Below the pieces are notes generated by a model, which was given only the letters and a program-made list of their open reading frames with translations, did no database searches and was not told the origin of the DNA. Positions 42,375 through 57,990 of a DNA stretch of 64,000 nt are shown here, piece after piece (positions within the stretch are counted from its first letter, which is position 1; the number at the start of each line of letters is the position of its first letter). Location of the stretch: positions 85,188,001-85,252,000 of the forward strand of contig OZ024742.1 in the NCBI GenBank assembly GCA_964016885.1. The letters are read 5' to 3'. Both the position numbers and the translations under genes were made by a program. The DNA comes from Eledone cirrhosa (lineage: Eukaryota).

Positions 42375-43985
42375 TGTTTGGATAGACTGCAAGATGGCCC
42401 TCGAAAACGTAGCTCATGGATCATAAAGATACTATAAATGCATCAAATAGACCCTGAGATCACAAATTTCCTGACAGCATTGATTACAAACTGGAAAACT
42501 ACGATGGTCCTTCAACACCCCAATGGACCACTGGAATCAAATCAGATCAAGATCAATCGTGTAATATTCTGAAGTGACTCATTGTCCGCTATATCAGTTT
42601 CTGTGGAGGACAGGCTATGGATATAAAATACACAACAGACACTACAGTCACCTAATTTATATGAATGATATCAAGATATTTGGAAACAATGATGGGCAGT
42701 TGGACGGTTTACTGCACACAGTAAAACAATTAAGTGATGATATTTATATGGAATTTGGACATGATAAGAATGTAAAAGCCATTTTCAAGAGGCAAGAGAG
42801 GGTTGCATTATAAATATCAAGATATTGGCAACGACGAACACACCACCATAATGAAGATCTAACAATGAAAATTTCTACAAATATATTTGAGTTTATGAAA
42901 GAGATGTAATACAGCAGGCAAGTATGAAAGAAAAGATACGGAAGAAATACATATGGAGAGTGATACTGGAAACAAAATGTGAGCTAAACTAGTGCAACAA
43001 ATTCAAAGCAATTAAAAGTCTAACAGTACCAGTGGTAACGAGCAGCTTTAAAATCTTAAACTGCAGCCTGCAATGGCTACAAAGAGTAGATACTAGCACC
43101 AGCAAGCTAAGTCAAAACTAAAACCATGCCGATGCTCATAGGTTATATATCAAAAGAAGGTGGACTAACGCTCCTATAAATGGAAGGTGCATACAAACCA
43201 GCAAACATTCTATTGGGTAGCTACCCTCATCACACCCGAGATGAAGATCTCCAGCCTGTATGGACGCATGAATGGATTAAAGTAAACTACACTCAATAAC
43301 AAAAGAAGCGAGCAAATATAGGCAAAAACTCAACATGGAACAAGACATACTCATAGATCAACAACAGTGTACTGCACAGCTAGATATGAGTGTGACGATT
43401 GAAGCAAAGAAATTCCAAACAGAGGATTGAATGGAAGGCAAAACCATTACATGTAGATGCCTAAAACGTCATTCTGACAATGATATTGATCAGCAAGGCT
43501 CACTATCCTCGTTCAGATGCGCTAGTTCTAAAACTGAGACTGTGGGATTATTAGTTGCTGCACAAGACAAATCTCTAAACACTCAGGCCTATAGACACAG
43601 AATAGTGAAATGTAGGACTAGCCTCTTATGAAGAATATGCTACAGATACGGTAGATCATGTTATTTCAGGGTGTCCAGAGCTGTCAAAATCTAATTATAT
43701 CGAAAGATACAACCGCATTGCCAAATATGTACAATTGATGCTCTGTCGCTTTCATGACGTCCAAACTTCTGACAAGTGCTATGATCATCAACCAAAAATA
43801 GTCGTGGAAGATGGCGACATATCCATCTTGTGGGATATGCATATGACAACTGACCGAGACATCGCTGCCAACAGACCATATATCATCATAAAAGATAATA
43901 CAGATCGGTCATGTTGCCGTAAAGTTATTGATGCAGTAGCTAACAAGAATACATCCGAAACACAATGGAAGAACGCTCAAAGAAC
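42375..43985 (+). pseudogene. Decayed R4/Dong-like LINE (RT + RLE)
   Basis: SHLIYMNDIKIF (YMDD motif), MEFGHDK, ETVGLLVAAQDKSLNT, VDHVISGCP and ILWDMHMTTDRDIAANRP.III. Confidence 0.82.
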
Positions 43986-46900
43986 AATGACCTGTTTTTC
44001 ATGTTATTGCTGTTGCCATTTGTGTTGTCGTTCTTATCTCTGTTATTTTTGTTCTTTGGTTTTGTATAGTAGGTGGTGTTGTTGTTATAGTTAGTGTTGT
44101 CTATTATCTTATGATTTGTGTTGTCGCGGCTCTTTGTGTTAGCTGCGTTAGCTGTTTTTGTTTTAGTTGTTGTTGTTGCGGTAGTTGTGATGCTAGTGGT
44201 GCCAGTGGTGTTGCATATGCGTGTCGTCGTTGTGGTCATGGGCATGGTGTTGTTTACATAAGTAAACATTGACAAAGGGGAGAAAACCTATTTTGTTTGC
44301 AGTTGCTGCACGAGATAAATTTTGTTTATTGTTGTTGCTGTCAGCGTTGCTGCCTGTAATGTTGGTAATAATAGCATTGTTCACAATGGCGGTGGGTGTG
44401 GTGGGACTTATTGCTCAACATGTTTTTGACAAAAGAATTTCAAAGAATAAAGTTCAAATATTCGATCATTCAACCGAAATATTAGGGAATGTCCTTTTCA
44501 GAGGGCAATATACACGAAATTATTTACATTTAACAGCAAATATATTCCACGAATAGCAATTCAAACAAGTTAAAAACAAAAACACTTCTAGAGCCGATAT
44601 CAATGAGAAATAAATAAGATTGAAGGACAAATATAACCCGGGTGACATTTGATATGAGAACGTAAATTGACCTAAATATATAACACAAAGCATTGTGTCC
44701 GACGCTCTACTGATACTGCTTGCCAATACACTAATAATAATAATTACAATTCATAACACAACATTGATGACTACGATGGCAATGCTGATGATAACAGTTA
44801 TACTAACATAGAGATGCAAATACATTTAAGGAAAGTAGAAACGTAGACATATCTGTATTCAAAATGTATTCAAAGCATTTGTAAGTCTGGAGAGTGGACA
44901 AGCAACAGGTATCTAAGCGGAAATTTCTGACAATTAGTATAGGAAATTACAAAACCTACAGGAAGAAGAAAATATATAAACATTCTTGATTATGGCGTTC
45001 GTATATCAAGTCGTTGAAAACCTGTACATTAAACTCTTTCAGAGACTGCAATGGTTTTAATTAATTTAAATAGAGTTTGTTAGATGTTTGTAAAGATTCA
45101 ATACACAGAAGAACAAATTACAGAAATAAGGGCTTGGAATAATGTAAGAAGTGTGGATGGAAATCTGTGGCAGCAGCTAAATGAAATGGAAAACTACAAT
45201 TAGTCAATTAGCTAATCTTGAGAGTTTTGAAATATGTATTCATAACTGATGTAGAAACCTTCATAGTTCGTACCACAAACAGACGGAAATTAATTCGAAA
45301 GCAAAAATAAATTCCAATGAATCCGACGTACTTTTAGTCCGATGTATTTATCGTCAATTTTGCAACACAATCTATTTAATATAAGCCTCTGTCTCACGCC
45401 ACTTTATGAAAGATTTTACTTCAGTAAATCTTGAAAAAATGGATATATCTGAATATATATATACTCCCAACGTTTTTGAGTGTATGGTCCATTTATTCTT
45501 CAAGCAATATTTTATGTGCCACATCCAGCAGCTCATCGAATGCTCTCTTGGAGCAGTCATAATCTCCGCTTTATTCTTGTTTCGTGCTCCTTCTCTGTTG
45601 TTTTATCAGTTTCAATTTTTACTACTACCATATTGTCTCTTGGAAGACCACTTACATTTTCTTATAATTCACTGTATTTTTTTATTCCAAGCATTATATC
45701 TTTTATTCTAGCTTGTTCTTTATTTTCTCCAACAGTTACGTATATTCTCGTATTAAAAGGAAGAATAACTCATGCCAATATTAATAACGCCACTTATCCA
45801 CATGCCTATACATCATTTCCTCTCCGCAATTCCTCTCCTTTAATTCGTCACTCGTATTTTTTTTTTTTTTTTTAATATGGTAACTCTGCTGAATGTATTT
45901 TGTCTGTTTCACTCCCATGCTATTTTCATTTACTTTTTCATTTCTTCAAAATATTATTTTTCTTCCGGGATTTCTGTTTCTTTTCTGCTTCAAAATGTTC
46001 TATCATTTTCCTTTCTATCTTTTTCATTCTCGCTCACAACATTAGTGCTATGAATCCATTATACCTCCTCTGATCATTCAACCTCAATCATTCTGTCATT
46101 TGTTCAATAGCATAAAATCGCCGTGTTGCAATGCGGAACAATGCCGATGACAATGGGACTAAATTAATTGCGATAAAACTTCGAACAACCTTATAAATCT
46201 GTGGTATATTTCCGCTAAGCTTCCGAAACCCATACCAATACCTTTTTAAAAGCCGTTCTCGCTATTAATAGATACTCAGCTTGATACTAACATTCCGGGC
46301 TTTGAGGCGTACCTGAATCTCGGTTCGGGATCTGCGAGAATCTCAAATTCTTTTGTGGATCCAATTTATAATAGTCCAGTCTTCACTCACTGTCAGCGAG
46401 ATCAATAAGCGTAGGTTGGACAGTGGTGACTTCTTGTCACAGTTTGCGCCTGTATGCTTCGACCTAAGTGACGGCAAAAACCAGATCTCATCACAATCCT
46501 TCTTTTACATGGTTATAAACAGTCTCATATAGTGTCTGAGATGCACTTACCTTTTCTCCAGTGGAAATAGTACATTCGGAAACTGATACATATTCAATTG
46601 TCCTCTAAAATAAAGGTCGCAAGCTGTTGAATTATTACTTATGTTTGTCTCTCCTTTATCTGCCATCATCTTCTATATATCTTCCTCTCTTTATATTTCT
46701 ATCTATAATAATTTCTCCTTTTCTTCTTCTTTCTCTTTTTCTTTTTCCTTCTTCTGCTTTCTCCTTCATTTCCTTTCTCTCTTTACTTTATCTATCTCCC
46801 TTTCTTCCTCCTTTTCTTTCTATATATTTATTATTAATATTATTATTGATGATGCAATTTGAATTTGTAATTTTGCCGGTTACATATATATTTTTTTAAC

Positions 46901-47381
46901 AGTTTCTGAAGATCTAATAGGGTTAACATCGTATTTAAAATTGAGTGGAACTGCTTTTAGTGTTTAGCAATTTTTAGACATCTCTATCAGTGAAACAATT
47001 GTTAGACTGCAAATAAATCTCCTCTTTTGTACTGTTGACAATCTTATTCTCCACATTTTCAATTTTATTCCTCAAAGATAAACTTACATAGGAATACAAG
47101 TGAAATAATAATCTCGTCATCTACGTAAACCTCTTGTTGAGTCAAGCAAAGCCGTACGCTAAAACTATCCATAATAAGAAGTATTCATAACCTTTAATAG
47201 GATTACCTATAACTATATTTTGTTATCCTTTATATATATATATAACTTATATATATATATACATATATATATATTTATATATACATGTTATATACTTATA
47301 TATATATATATGATATATATATATATAATATAACTTAGAGTTTACAATTATTTCAGCTCTAAGAATCGCTTCTGAGCAGAA

Positions 47382-47498
47382 TACATTAATATTTGATGAA
47401 CATTTACATGTTTTAGTTGCAATTGACTAATAACATTCTAACGATTTTATTAGTCAATTGCAACTAAAACATATAAATGTTCATCAAATATTAATGTA
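47382..47498. repeat. Hairpin with ~50-bp arms next to (TA)n
   Basis: TACATTAATATTTGATGAACATTT...GACTAATAA followed by its reverse complement. Confidence 0.85.
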
Positions 47499-47572
47499 AT
47501 ATATATATATATATATATATATATTATTCAGAACATTAATAAATGAAGACATTCACATAATGAAATATATGT

Positions 47573-47632
47573 TTTATTATATATATTTCGAAGTTACTGT
47601 GCTGTTTTTTCAGTACGTCCTCGTCAGATAAA
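47573..47632 (-). ncRNA. Minimal type I hammerhead ribozyme
   Basis: TTTAT-CTGACGA-ggacgtactg..cagtaacttc-GAAA-tatata-TA-ATAAA. Confidence 0.7.
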
Positions 47633-49130
47633 TTACATGAATACCTCAACGGTCTTGATGACATACCTCAACGGTCTTGATGGTTCAATTCCAGTATTGG
47701 CAGTGATTTATTACAGAAAATCTCAACATATGTATACCTCAAATAATAACATGATAAACTTAAATTTAATGAAGAATAGGATGTGGAGCGAGATATGGGT
47801 ATAAGGAGGGGGTGAGTATGAGGATATGCAAGAAGAAAATAAATAAATACATACAATCATAAATATTTAAATGCGTAAATAGACGTATCAGGGAAGAAAA
47901 GGGAAGAGAGAGAGAGAGATATATAGAAGAGAGAAGAAGAAAGAAATAACGGCAAAAAAGAGAGAGAAATGATGTGTGACCGTTGCTTTCAAATATTAAG
48001 TCAAATAGATGCGACCAATTAAATACCATGAACTTTTTAATATCTTTGTATTTGGTTATGTCAAGCTAATTATACTAATATATTATATCAACATTAAACC
48101 ATATACAAATATTTTCTATAGCAATCAGACCCAGAGTTTAATTAAGTAATATATTTACTAAATATTTTGTTACAATATTCAAAAACAATCTTATCTTTAA
48201 AGCATGTTTAAATAAGGTTAATGATATTTATTAAAACCCATGCATATATCACCATCAGTATATATATTTTATATTATGTGAAGAATTATTATCTGAATTA
48301 TTCTATTTTCATCATAAAATCATTTCAATTCAATGGTTGTCTTTTCATTACAGGATTAATTGGTAGTTATATTTACTCTTAAAAGTATTATTATTTCGAT
48401 TTTACTTCCGTAAATACATCTTATTATATATAGTTTCCCTTTAAGAATTTTTCATATATTATTAAACTGTATAAATCATGTTAAATATACATTAGCAAGC
48501 AATTTGAACAACAAAATTATTTACGAAGAATGTAAACAAAGGAAGATAACTCGTTCATTATATGTGAACATTAAAGATATTTAAGTATTTTGAAAGCCAA
48601 AAGATATTTCAAACCACAAATTCAGAAATTTCAAGTTAAACGATGACCTTTCTAAATCCAAACTTAGAATACTGAGACTCATCATGAGATTAATTTACTA
48701 TATAAAAAAACGATATACAATTTTTTAAGGTAAGGCAAAGCGTTATGTATATAATAATATTTCAAGAATTATTAATAGTTAATTTTCCCCGATTTATTCC
48801 TCAAGTTGTTATTTTTACAGTCAGTTCTATTATTATTATTATTATGAATACTGTGTTTATAATTAATATTATTTTTTTCTACATATTCAATATTATTCAC
48901 ACATTTACACACACACATATCGCCCACTAGCACCCATATATCACGAATATTTAAAGGAAACAAAATTCTATGTTGCAATTTTGCATACCCTCGGTAGATA
49001 ATTAAGATCTGATGTTATTTGCCTGTTGTGATGAATAAATATTTATTTGTATAAAAATGATCATCTGTAAAATATACTTTGTTAAATGTTTATGAAATGA
49101 AATATGAATACATTTACATGTTTTAAAGCT

Positions 49131-49311
49131 CGGCAGTATTGGTAGAGGGTCGGACGCCATGCTTTGACGCATAGAGTTACGGCCCTTGTCATTCTGAGTT
49201 CAAATTCCGCCGAGGTTAACTTTGCCTTTCATCCTTACGGGGTCGATAAAATAAAGTACCAGTAATACACTGGGTTAGTGCTGGCTTCGTGCCTAAAGTA
49301 GAAACAATTAT
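49131..49311 (+). mobile_element. tRNA-derived SINE
   Basis: A/B boxes and body as in the other copies. Confidence 0.88.
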
Positions 49312-49889
49312 TTAATACAGATATTGAAAAGCAATATCGGGATAATAGTAAAGTAATATGAGAATATATATCAGCGGAAATATAAGCTTTTAGATTATTA
49401 AAAACGTTTGAACACATTCTTTAATTTGACGTACAGTAAACTAACTGACATTTTTATTTGAGTCATCATCAACGATGCTATAGACGATTCCAAGTGTTGG
49501 TATAAAGCATTTAACTTTTTTAAAAGTATATTGCATACTTCCTTATATGTAAGTGTATATATTGATATTTCGGAATGTTTTTTGTATGATGTTTTTTTGT
49601 AAGATTAAAGGTACTTTGGGGAAATATAATTCTTCAGCTTAAGTGTATTTCCCATTTAATTTTTAGCTTTAACTATTTATAAGTATTTCCATAACTTACA
49701 TTATTTATACGCCCTCTTTGATGTCTCGATGATAATAGAAAGAAGAAGTCAGATATACATGTTCATGAACATTGAGAGATTATAGTAGGAATATTATACG
49801 AAGGGAAAATGTGATATACGTGTATTATTTAAATTTTATCGAAATACATCATCTACTAAAGATTTGTTATATCATTATACATACATACT

Positions 49890-49912
49890 TACACACACGC
49901 ACACACACGCAC

Positions 49913-49960
<48 letters not shown>

Positions 49961-49963
49961 TCT

Positions 49964-50050
<87 letters not shown>

Positions 50051-50070
50051 GTGTGTGTGTGTGTGTGTTT
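49890..50070. repeat. Compound microsatellite (CA)n(TA)n(TG)n
   Basis: Read directly from the sequence. Confidence 0.9.
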
Positions 50071-50564
50071 GTATGACCACAAATCAAGATAGTATTCGAT
50101 GCATATCAATATACTGAAACGTTATCGTTAAGACATCATGTCCGTTGAGATATGCGTGTATTGAAATGGTGGGGCTACAATCTATTGGTCAAAGAACAAT
50201 AATGTGAAATAAGTGAAGTGAATCGAAGTCAGATACAACTATGAGGCTAGTGTGGTGAGAAGAATATTTTAACCGGTCAAACGTTAATGGAAAGCTTTAG
50301 TCCGCGTCCCCACAAACATGACGCTAGTTATTGTCAATTGGGCGAACATGTAGGAAGTGTTGAAGGTGTTCATTCTTTAGGAACTTGTCTAGAAATTAAA
50401 GTTAACTGCACTTGATCTTGATGATGGTATAGTGCAAGAAGACGCCTAGAACATCGAAAAAAAGTAAATGAAGAGACAAAATCATGCTTGAACCCCCGGG
50501 AAATGTGCGGAGGAACTAATAGGAAGCAGAAATAGAAGAAATGTATAAAAAAGAGACCGCAGTT

Positions 50565-52600
50565 ATAATAATGATAATAATAACAATTTCTTTATTGGCG
50601 ACAATGGCGTACATATAGAGGACAATATAATAGACACTGAAAGTTGGGTTTACATATATAACGTGTAAAAAATATAAATAACAATAAACAAATATCAAGA
50701 CGAGTATAAACAACAGAATTACCTTATAGGAAAGCGAACGACATACGGGCGACTCAGCGACACCACCAATCTTAAGTTACCCGACGCTTCGAAAGTACAT
50801 GCGTAGGGCACCCCCCTCCTCCTCAAATTAACCAGCGTACAGCCGCTTGCTCAAGTTAAGCCCATTTACATGGGCCGTTTTCTCTATATTCACCCTCCTT
50901 TTAGCAAATGTAACGGAGACAACACATCAAGTCTCCACCCTCACCTTCCTTTCAAAGTTAAAATTGAAAATGGTATTGAGGGATTTGCTGAAGAGAAACG
51001 TCAGTCTTCAGTCATATCAACCTGGTCGACTACACAGCCTTTTTCGCTACCACCGCCAGACAGAGAAAAACGTTCTGCCCTTCCCGGCCAAAATAAGGTG
51101 GTGGGTGATTTCACTATGGACAAAATAATTACACCTCCGTCCTACAAGCAGAAAGTGCTGTTCGGCATACATCCACAGGTCCTCAATGCACGAATACTGG
51201 ACGAAATCTTAGTCACTCTGACAGCACCTACGGCATCCCACCTACCGCCCGGTAGCACTGATAAGCAATGGAGTTCTTGAATTTATCCTCATACCTGGCT
51301 CAAACGCGCTCTGGAACAGATTGGCCAGTTCAAATTCGTCGATGACCACTCACACTTGGCCTCTACTGTGTAGAACTTGAGTATTGTAGTTCCACTAATT
51401 TGATTGCTCTCCTAGTAGAGGGCAGTGAGCCCTGGCAATACACCAGATGCCAGGCACCCAGTCTCGGTCTCTTCTTGAAGCGCTATTGCAGCTCAATCCA
51501 AGAGACAAGCTGTGGAAACGCCTGTCTCACAAAAAGGGACCACACCTGTTTACCGTCTAGGCAGACTATCTGGATATACTGCAGTCCCATCGGACCTTGG
51601 CACATCATTAGCTCCGGCATGCCTAGCGCTCAGAGTTCAGGGTACTGGTAGCAGATTGACAACAAAATCAATGGAACCTGTCCCCTCCACAAGAAGTTGA
51701 AGGGGGGCCGTTCCAATTTGGTGAGGCGTCAACGTGAGCAAAGGACCACGGTTAGGCGGCAATAGATGACGGATGAGATGTAGGCTTTCACCAACTCCTC
51801 TCCAACTGTTAGGGATAGCTTCCCCTCGGCCTATATCAGGGTCAGTTTGGCTACCATGTTCGTACTCTCCCTCTACTTCTCATCCACTTGGTTTTCTGGC
51901 CGAGCCAGATCCTGAGAAACTTTAGAACTTCGTCCGCCCAAGGCCTGACCAAGATGTTGAATGGCATGGATGTGGCTGTCCAGACGCCTAGCTGCGATCC
52001 CACGAAGTTTTTCAGGTCAAATTTTGCTCCCGTCAACTTTTCATATTCCTTCAAGAAGGGGCCGACCACCATGATTCGGTAGGTGTTTGACACCATCACT
52101 ATGATGTCGTCCGTATATGCGGACACAGTTTTTCCTCGTCCATGTTCGAGCGCGATTCCATTCAACAGCTCCAGCTTCTGTAGTAAAGGCTCGAGATTCA
52201 ATACCTACAGAGGAAGAGGAGAAAGGGCGCACTGGAAGGACATATCAGGAGATCTGAATCCGTTCCGAAATATGCCAATTAACTTTGAACACCCAACAGG
52301 CAGCGTTCCAGCCTTTGAAGACGGGACTGAAGCTAGCTGCCTTGATGAACTTTTCCAAGTATGATGGACCTCGTCGAAAGCTTTCTGTTGATCTAAATTG
52401 ATCAGAGCGTCACCGAAGCCATGTTTACACCCTACCCATTCTATGATGTATCATTTGAGATGAAGGTTGGCATGTATGGACCTAGTAGGGTTGGCAAAAA
52501 TCTTAAACTCTGTGCTTTGAAGAATTATGTGCCTGACGTTATCTAAGGTATCCCTCTTGTTTTCGTCTTTCCTTATCGGCGTCAGTACACCCCAGATCAA
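50565..52600 (-). mobile_element. Decayed Tx1/L1-like LINE, 5'-truncated
   Basis: ALINLDQQKAFDEVH, LSPLPL, EPLLQKL, VSAYTDDI and YEKLTGAK; 3' AATAAA followed by a (TTA)n-like tail at ~50565-50595. Confidence 0.8.
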
Positions 52601-54187
52601 ATAATTGGGAATACTTCAGTTCTGCTGCCAGTTACAGTGGCGCGCTTGGAAGAGATCGGAAATAAATATTGCATATCTACGTCAAGCTGGTAGGGCTGAC
52701 TATACTAACAGAGTTACTTGCGTCTCGGTCGAATATACACTGGGTACTAGCATGTCTCACCGTGAAGTGCACTATCTTATATTCTTTGTGGTTTGTTATG
52801 ATGGACGTTTTGTCAGAACGGACTTTGTAGACACACACACACTCCGTGGGGAATATAATATAGTATTTGTACTACATCGAATTGTTTATTTCTGTTAGCT
52901 ATATAATGACACTGACATCGTTGAATAAATATTTATGCGCTGAATTTCTTTCATTGTCTATGTATGCTTTGAATGATGTGTATGAAGTTTATGTGTTGTG
53001 TACGAATGTTCTTTTCTGATGTCAGATTACATTCCAATATTTCTGATTTTGATTGGAACAGTGACGAAAGATATTCGTTTAATGCTACACAAAGTTTGAA
53101 GTTTGAAGCCTGATTTCTAGGTGATTGATATATGTTATGATAGGTATTGCCGCTGAGTCTAGAATTAACTTGGTGATTTCACTTTTATAGCGTGTAATAG
53201 AATATAATATGTAGATGATGTTGAATCTGCGGTAATTTTTGCAGTAATAAAAGCCATCACGTACAGTCTGATGGAACCGTCTGGAGTGTGGTGGTTGAAT
53301 GCTGCGGTTTGACTTTTTGTTATCATTAAGAAATAGGAATGCATGTATTCTTCATATTAAGGAATATCTTCGAAACATGCAATTTTTGGCTTTAGATTTG
53401 TTAATATGTTTAACACCACGGAGCCTTCATCAAGCCCTTGGTATAATTTCATCTACAATCAAAGAGTGGGTCCGATTTAAATTTAGAATTATGTTGGAAA
53501 TTAAGTCTTGGGAGAGAATACATACTCGATATTAACACAAGTTTTACTTAAATTGAAGAAAATAAATGTATATATGTAGCTGAATAGACTTGAGTGTTTG
53601 CAGATAATTTAAATCTGTCTGGAATAGGGTATTACAAAGAGATATTTAATATAATTATATTTTCAATTTATCAGCAAGCTGAAAGCTGTAAAAAAGGCTA
53701 TTCATTTGGCGAAAATGTCTTTATTAATATAGGTGGCAACAGAGCGAAGAAAACAAAGAGTTGAATGGTTTTATCATTGACACAGCATGCATTATGCATA
53801 GTCTCATAAAGTGAATGATAGGAAATTTATGAACAATCTGTATTGTGTGTCATATTAATTCGATCTGCAGACAACAATTATTTATCACAACGTTCAGTAC
53901 CCTAGATTCTGTGGCAGAAATTTTATAGAACCATGAAGAAGAAAGAAAAAAATATCAATAAACTGTCCTACTCAATATGACAAAATTTACGTATATCTCT
54001 CCAAAGACAAATACTCACAGACTCACACATACACTCACATCCATACACGCACACTCATACACTGACGTCTACATACGCACATACACACACGCATAGACCC
54101 ATATATATATATATATATGACATATATAAAAAATTACATATATATATATATGACATATATATATATATGACATATATAAAAGATGAC

Positions 54188-54221
<34 letters not shown>

Positions 54222-54408
54222 TTTATTTTTTATGTAATATTTAAACACGATCACATCAGAGAGTTCTTTTCTTGCATAAATATGACTGATATACGTTCTT
54301 ATCCGATATACCAGCTGGCGGGCTTAGGTGTTGTTCCGTTATCCCTCAGCTAGCATATGGTATTACACAGTGATGTTTATGTTTTGTTTGCATTATTAGT
54401 TCCAGAAA

Positions 54409-54598
54409 TGGTGGATTGGCAGTATCGGTAGAGGGTCTGACGCCAAGCTTTGACGCATAGAGTTACGGCCCTTGCCATTCTGAGTTCAATTCCCGCCGAG
54501 GTTAACATTACTTTTCATCCTTACGGGGTCGATAAAATAAAGTACCAGTAATGAACTGTGTGATTGCTGGCCTTGTGCCACAAGTAGAAACAATTATT
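54409..54598 (+). mobile_element. tRNA-derived SINE
   Basis: A/B boxes and body as in the other copies. Confidence 0.88.
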
Positions 54599-54729
54599 AG
54601 TTCCCGACACCATTATTAGTTTCAGCCTATTCATTTTTTTGTAGTTAGAGTTGGTTCCTATTAGACCAATATTTATTAGTTGTTGCCCTCTCAAGATTCA
54701 TTTCTTGAGTTATGATTTTTTTTATTTTA

Positions 54730-55545
54730 AAACAATTCTTACCATCCTCCGGGTAAACGTGTTCTCCATTCTGGGGCGGCCAGCACGTGGGACACCATTT
54801 GCTCATAATAGACTGAGATGGGGAGGGCGAGACACCTGGATGCGAAGACAGTGGGGTTTTTGGAGCCAACATTGACAGCAACTAAAGACTCTCATACTTA
54901 CTCTCCATGAGACCACTAAGACATGTGTGGCACTACCGAAGACCTCTCAGCAGAATCAGCCTTTGGGGGTGACAGGCTGACATAAAGCAGCACCGATGTG
55001 TTGTCCATATACCAATCAATCGATGAGGATCTTGCCGTGGAAAAATGTGTAGAGATGGTCAGCGAGAGTGAGATTTAATTCCGTGGGATTGAAAAAACCG
55101 AGTTGGTAATCCTACTCAGACTTACGCGGGACAAGGAATGCTTAGATACTCATGAACGTAGTGGCCTATATCCCACAAGGCGAGGGAGGGGCGAGAGGCA
55201 GACCTAAAACCATTAACTCAGTAACCAAGAAGACCCATACAGAAATATTAGAGGTGTGGATCAGAGATATACGGATTACCGAAAGCCCCGACCAAGTAAA
55301 GCAAATCTTCGCACATGCGGTGAGAGCGGGGGTCAGTATATGACTAACCCTTAAGGAACATATGTTTACGTTCAATGGCAAAACATATGCAACAAAGATG
55401 GTGGTGCCGATTGGCGGCCACATTGCAGGTGATGTAGCTAACCTCTTTATGGTATTGTGTGGCTGGAGACTTAAGGAAAGGTTGGCTGAGAACTATATAA
55501 CCCTGGCTATGTGCTCCTTGAACATAGATGACAACAATTTCCCAG
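54730..55545 (+). pseudogene. Decayed PLE reverse transcriptase fragment
   Basis: TDVLSIYQSID (DVxSLYP-like), FTFNGKTY...PIGGHIAGDVANLFM and LNIDD (YxDD-like). Confidence 0.65.
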
Positions 55546-56304
55546 TTGAAACAACACAACAGGAGAATGGATGGAAGCTGTATGATTTTATTTTCATTCA
55601 GATGCAAGTTTTTGAAATTAATTTCTTCGTCTTTTCTACGCCGGAGGTGGAATGCCAACTAATCTATTGTTATATATTTTTGGAAAACGATTTAACTGCT
55701 GTGGTGCATTTGTCTATTTTAATCATAGTGATTGGCTCTAGTCTATTGCTGATATGTGTCAGTGATAATCTGTGTGTGCGTGCGTGTATGTATTGAGAAA
55801 GAAGGCAAGGCTGCAAGAATGTATTCGAAACATCTATTTTGTTGCGCGAATAAGAAAAATCAGTTCTCGGATCAAATATTTGATATCATGTCCCATCTAA
55901 TTTTTCTTGGAAACTAGTCTCCTAAGCAAAGACAAAGCAATACACCGAACACTATTTACTCGTATCTTTTTATCTGACAGATTTTTAAATTGTTCTTTAC
56001 ATCACTAAATACTATACAATATTGGGAATTTAGCCAAAGAGTAAATAAATCTTTAAGTAGCAAACATTTTCCATTAAATAACTATTGAGAAAATAGACAT
56101 TAGAGCGTTTGGCAACGGCCAGGAGAGATTATATTCGCCTCATGTAGTTTCCAAGTTCTTCCTATTACCATGAACTAAAATAATTCGTTCTGACACGTCG
56201 TTGATTACAATCAATTTATTGCTGGAAACGTAGCAGTGAGGTGACTTCCAGCATTCATGCTATGTAACCTGTGAATACTTAAACACATAAACGTATGCCC
56301 AAAC

Positions 56305-56376
<72 letters not shown>

Positions 56377-56642
56377 TAAAACACATGTTTTGAGGAAGGG
56401 TATTCATAAATTTCCCATGATTTCACAATGCAGGCCATAAATCGTCAAAATACCCTATAACTCTTTATTCGTTTCTCCCTCTCTCTGAATAATAGTTTAC
56501 AGAATACGTATATACATAAAAATATACATGCACTATGTATATACTATGTATATACACTATGTATATACATACACTATATATAAATATAAATATATAGTTT
56601 GTTTCCTCAATATGTATAGATGCATTTACACATGAAAACATA

Positions 56643-56797
<155 letters not shown>

Positions 56798-56959
56798 GCA
56801 TACACACATACATACGCATATACATATCTACATAATATGTAGGTATGTAAGCACTATTCAAAGTTCCGGGACTGTCGTGAATTTATCAAATCTTCATTGG
56901 ATGTTGTGTGTCGTCCCGCAGGGTATCCAATATCACCCTCTTCAACAAGTAATGTTTGA

Positions 56960-57600
56960 AGGATTACCGGTTTACGCGTCCCGGCTATGAACAGTTTGTA
57001 CAGGGCTTCATGTTACGAGTAGCGCTCTAGAACAAGAGGACATATAGGTGCGAATGGTAAACTCCGTCCCCTGATACAGGTTTATAAAGCAATTGCACTG
57101 ACCACACATTAATATGTATCAGAATTTTGGACTCCGTATATATAAACCAAATATGCGTCTTTCATACAGGTTACCTAAACACAAGGACAACATATCTAAT
57201 GCTCACCTGTTTACTAAGTGCGTGATTGAATGCATTAAATCATTTCTTGTGAAATCACAACTAAGCTGCGTTGGCCATAGCATCAGAATGAGTTACTATA
57301 GAATACCAAAATTCTTCAGTTATAGCCAACTTCATGGTGGATATAGAAATGTTCGACAACCCTGGCTCATTTATAAGGAAAATTAAAGAGTAACCTTTCA
57401 GCATTCGATATATGTTAGGAGATATCTGAGGAAATGGCCCCGCAGTGAGAGAATTGGAGATGTTTGTGTCATAATGGGGTCAGGGATTTTGAATCGGTAT
57501 TATCTATAGTCTAGAAGAAACATGCAAGCAATATCATCCAGTAAACCTCACACACGATATGTGGCATTGCTTGCATGGCATGTCTAAAATATCATGCTCG
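56960..57600 (+). pseudogene. Decayed RTE LINE C-terminal fragment
   Basis: KSQLSCVGHSIRMSYYRIPKFFSYSQLHGGYR..RQP resembles the RTE motif LRW.GH..RM...R.PK...Y.EL..G.R..G.P. Confidence 0.6.
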
Positions 57601-57641
57601 ATGTAAACATTCAAACTGACTGAACCGAATAGGTTGCACCG

Positions 57642-57787
<146 letters not shown>

Positions 57788-57836
57788 AAATAATGAATAA
57801 AACAATGAAACAGTTCCTTATATTAAACAAAAAAAG

Positions 57837-57990
57837 TTCATTATTTAACGATCGTTTCTAGGATATATATGTGTTAGAATTGGCATGCATATTCAACAGA
57901 TCTATGTACAAAATTATACAAAATTATACAAACTATCAAAATTAAATATACATACCAACACATATATATGCCGTCTTCAGAAATAATGAA
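57837..57990 (-). ncRNA. Type I hammerhead with an extended (~115-nt) stem II
   Basis: TTCATTATTT-CTGAAGA-cggcATATATATGTGTTgg...ctAACACATATATATccta-GAAA-cgatcg-TT-AAATAATGAA; perfect 10-bp stem I. Confidence 0.72.

Noticed and set aside
45300-46620. Possible decayed RT/integrase on the minus strand
   Set aside because: Too degenerate to assign by eye
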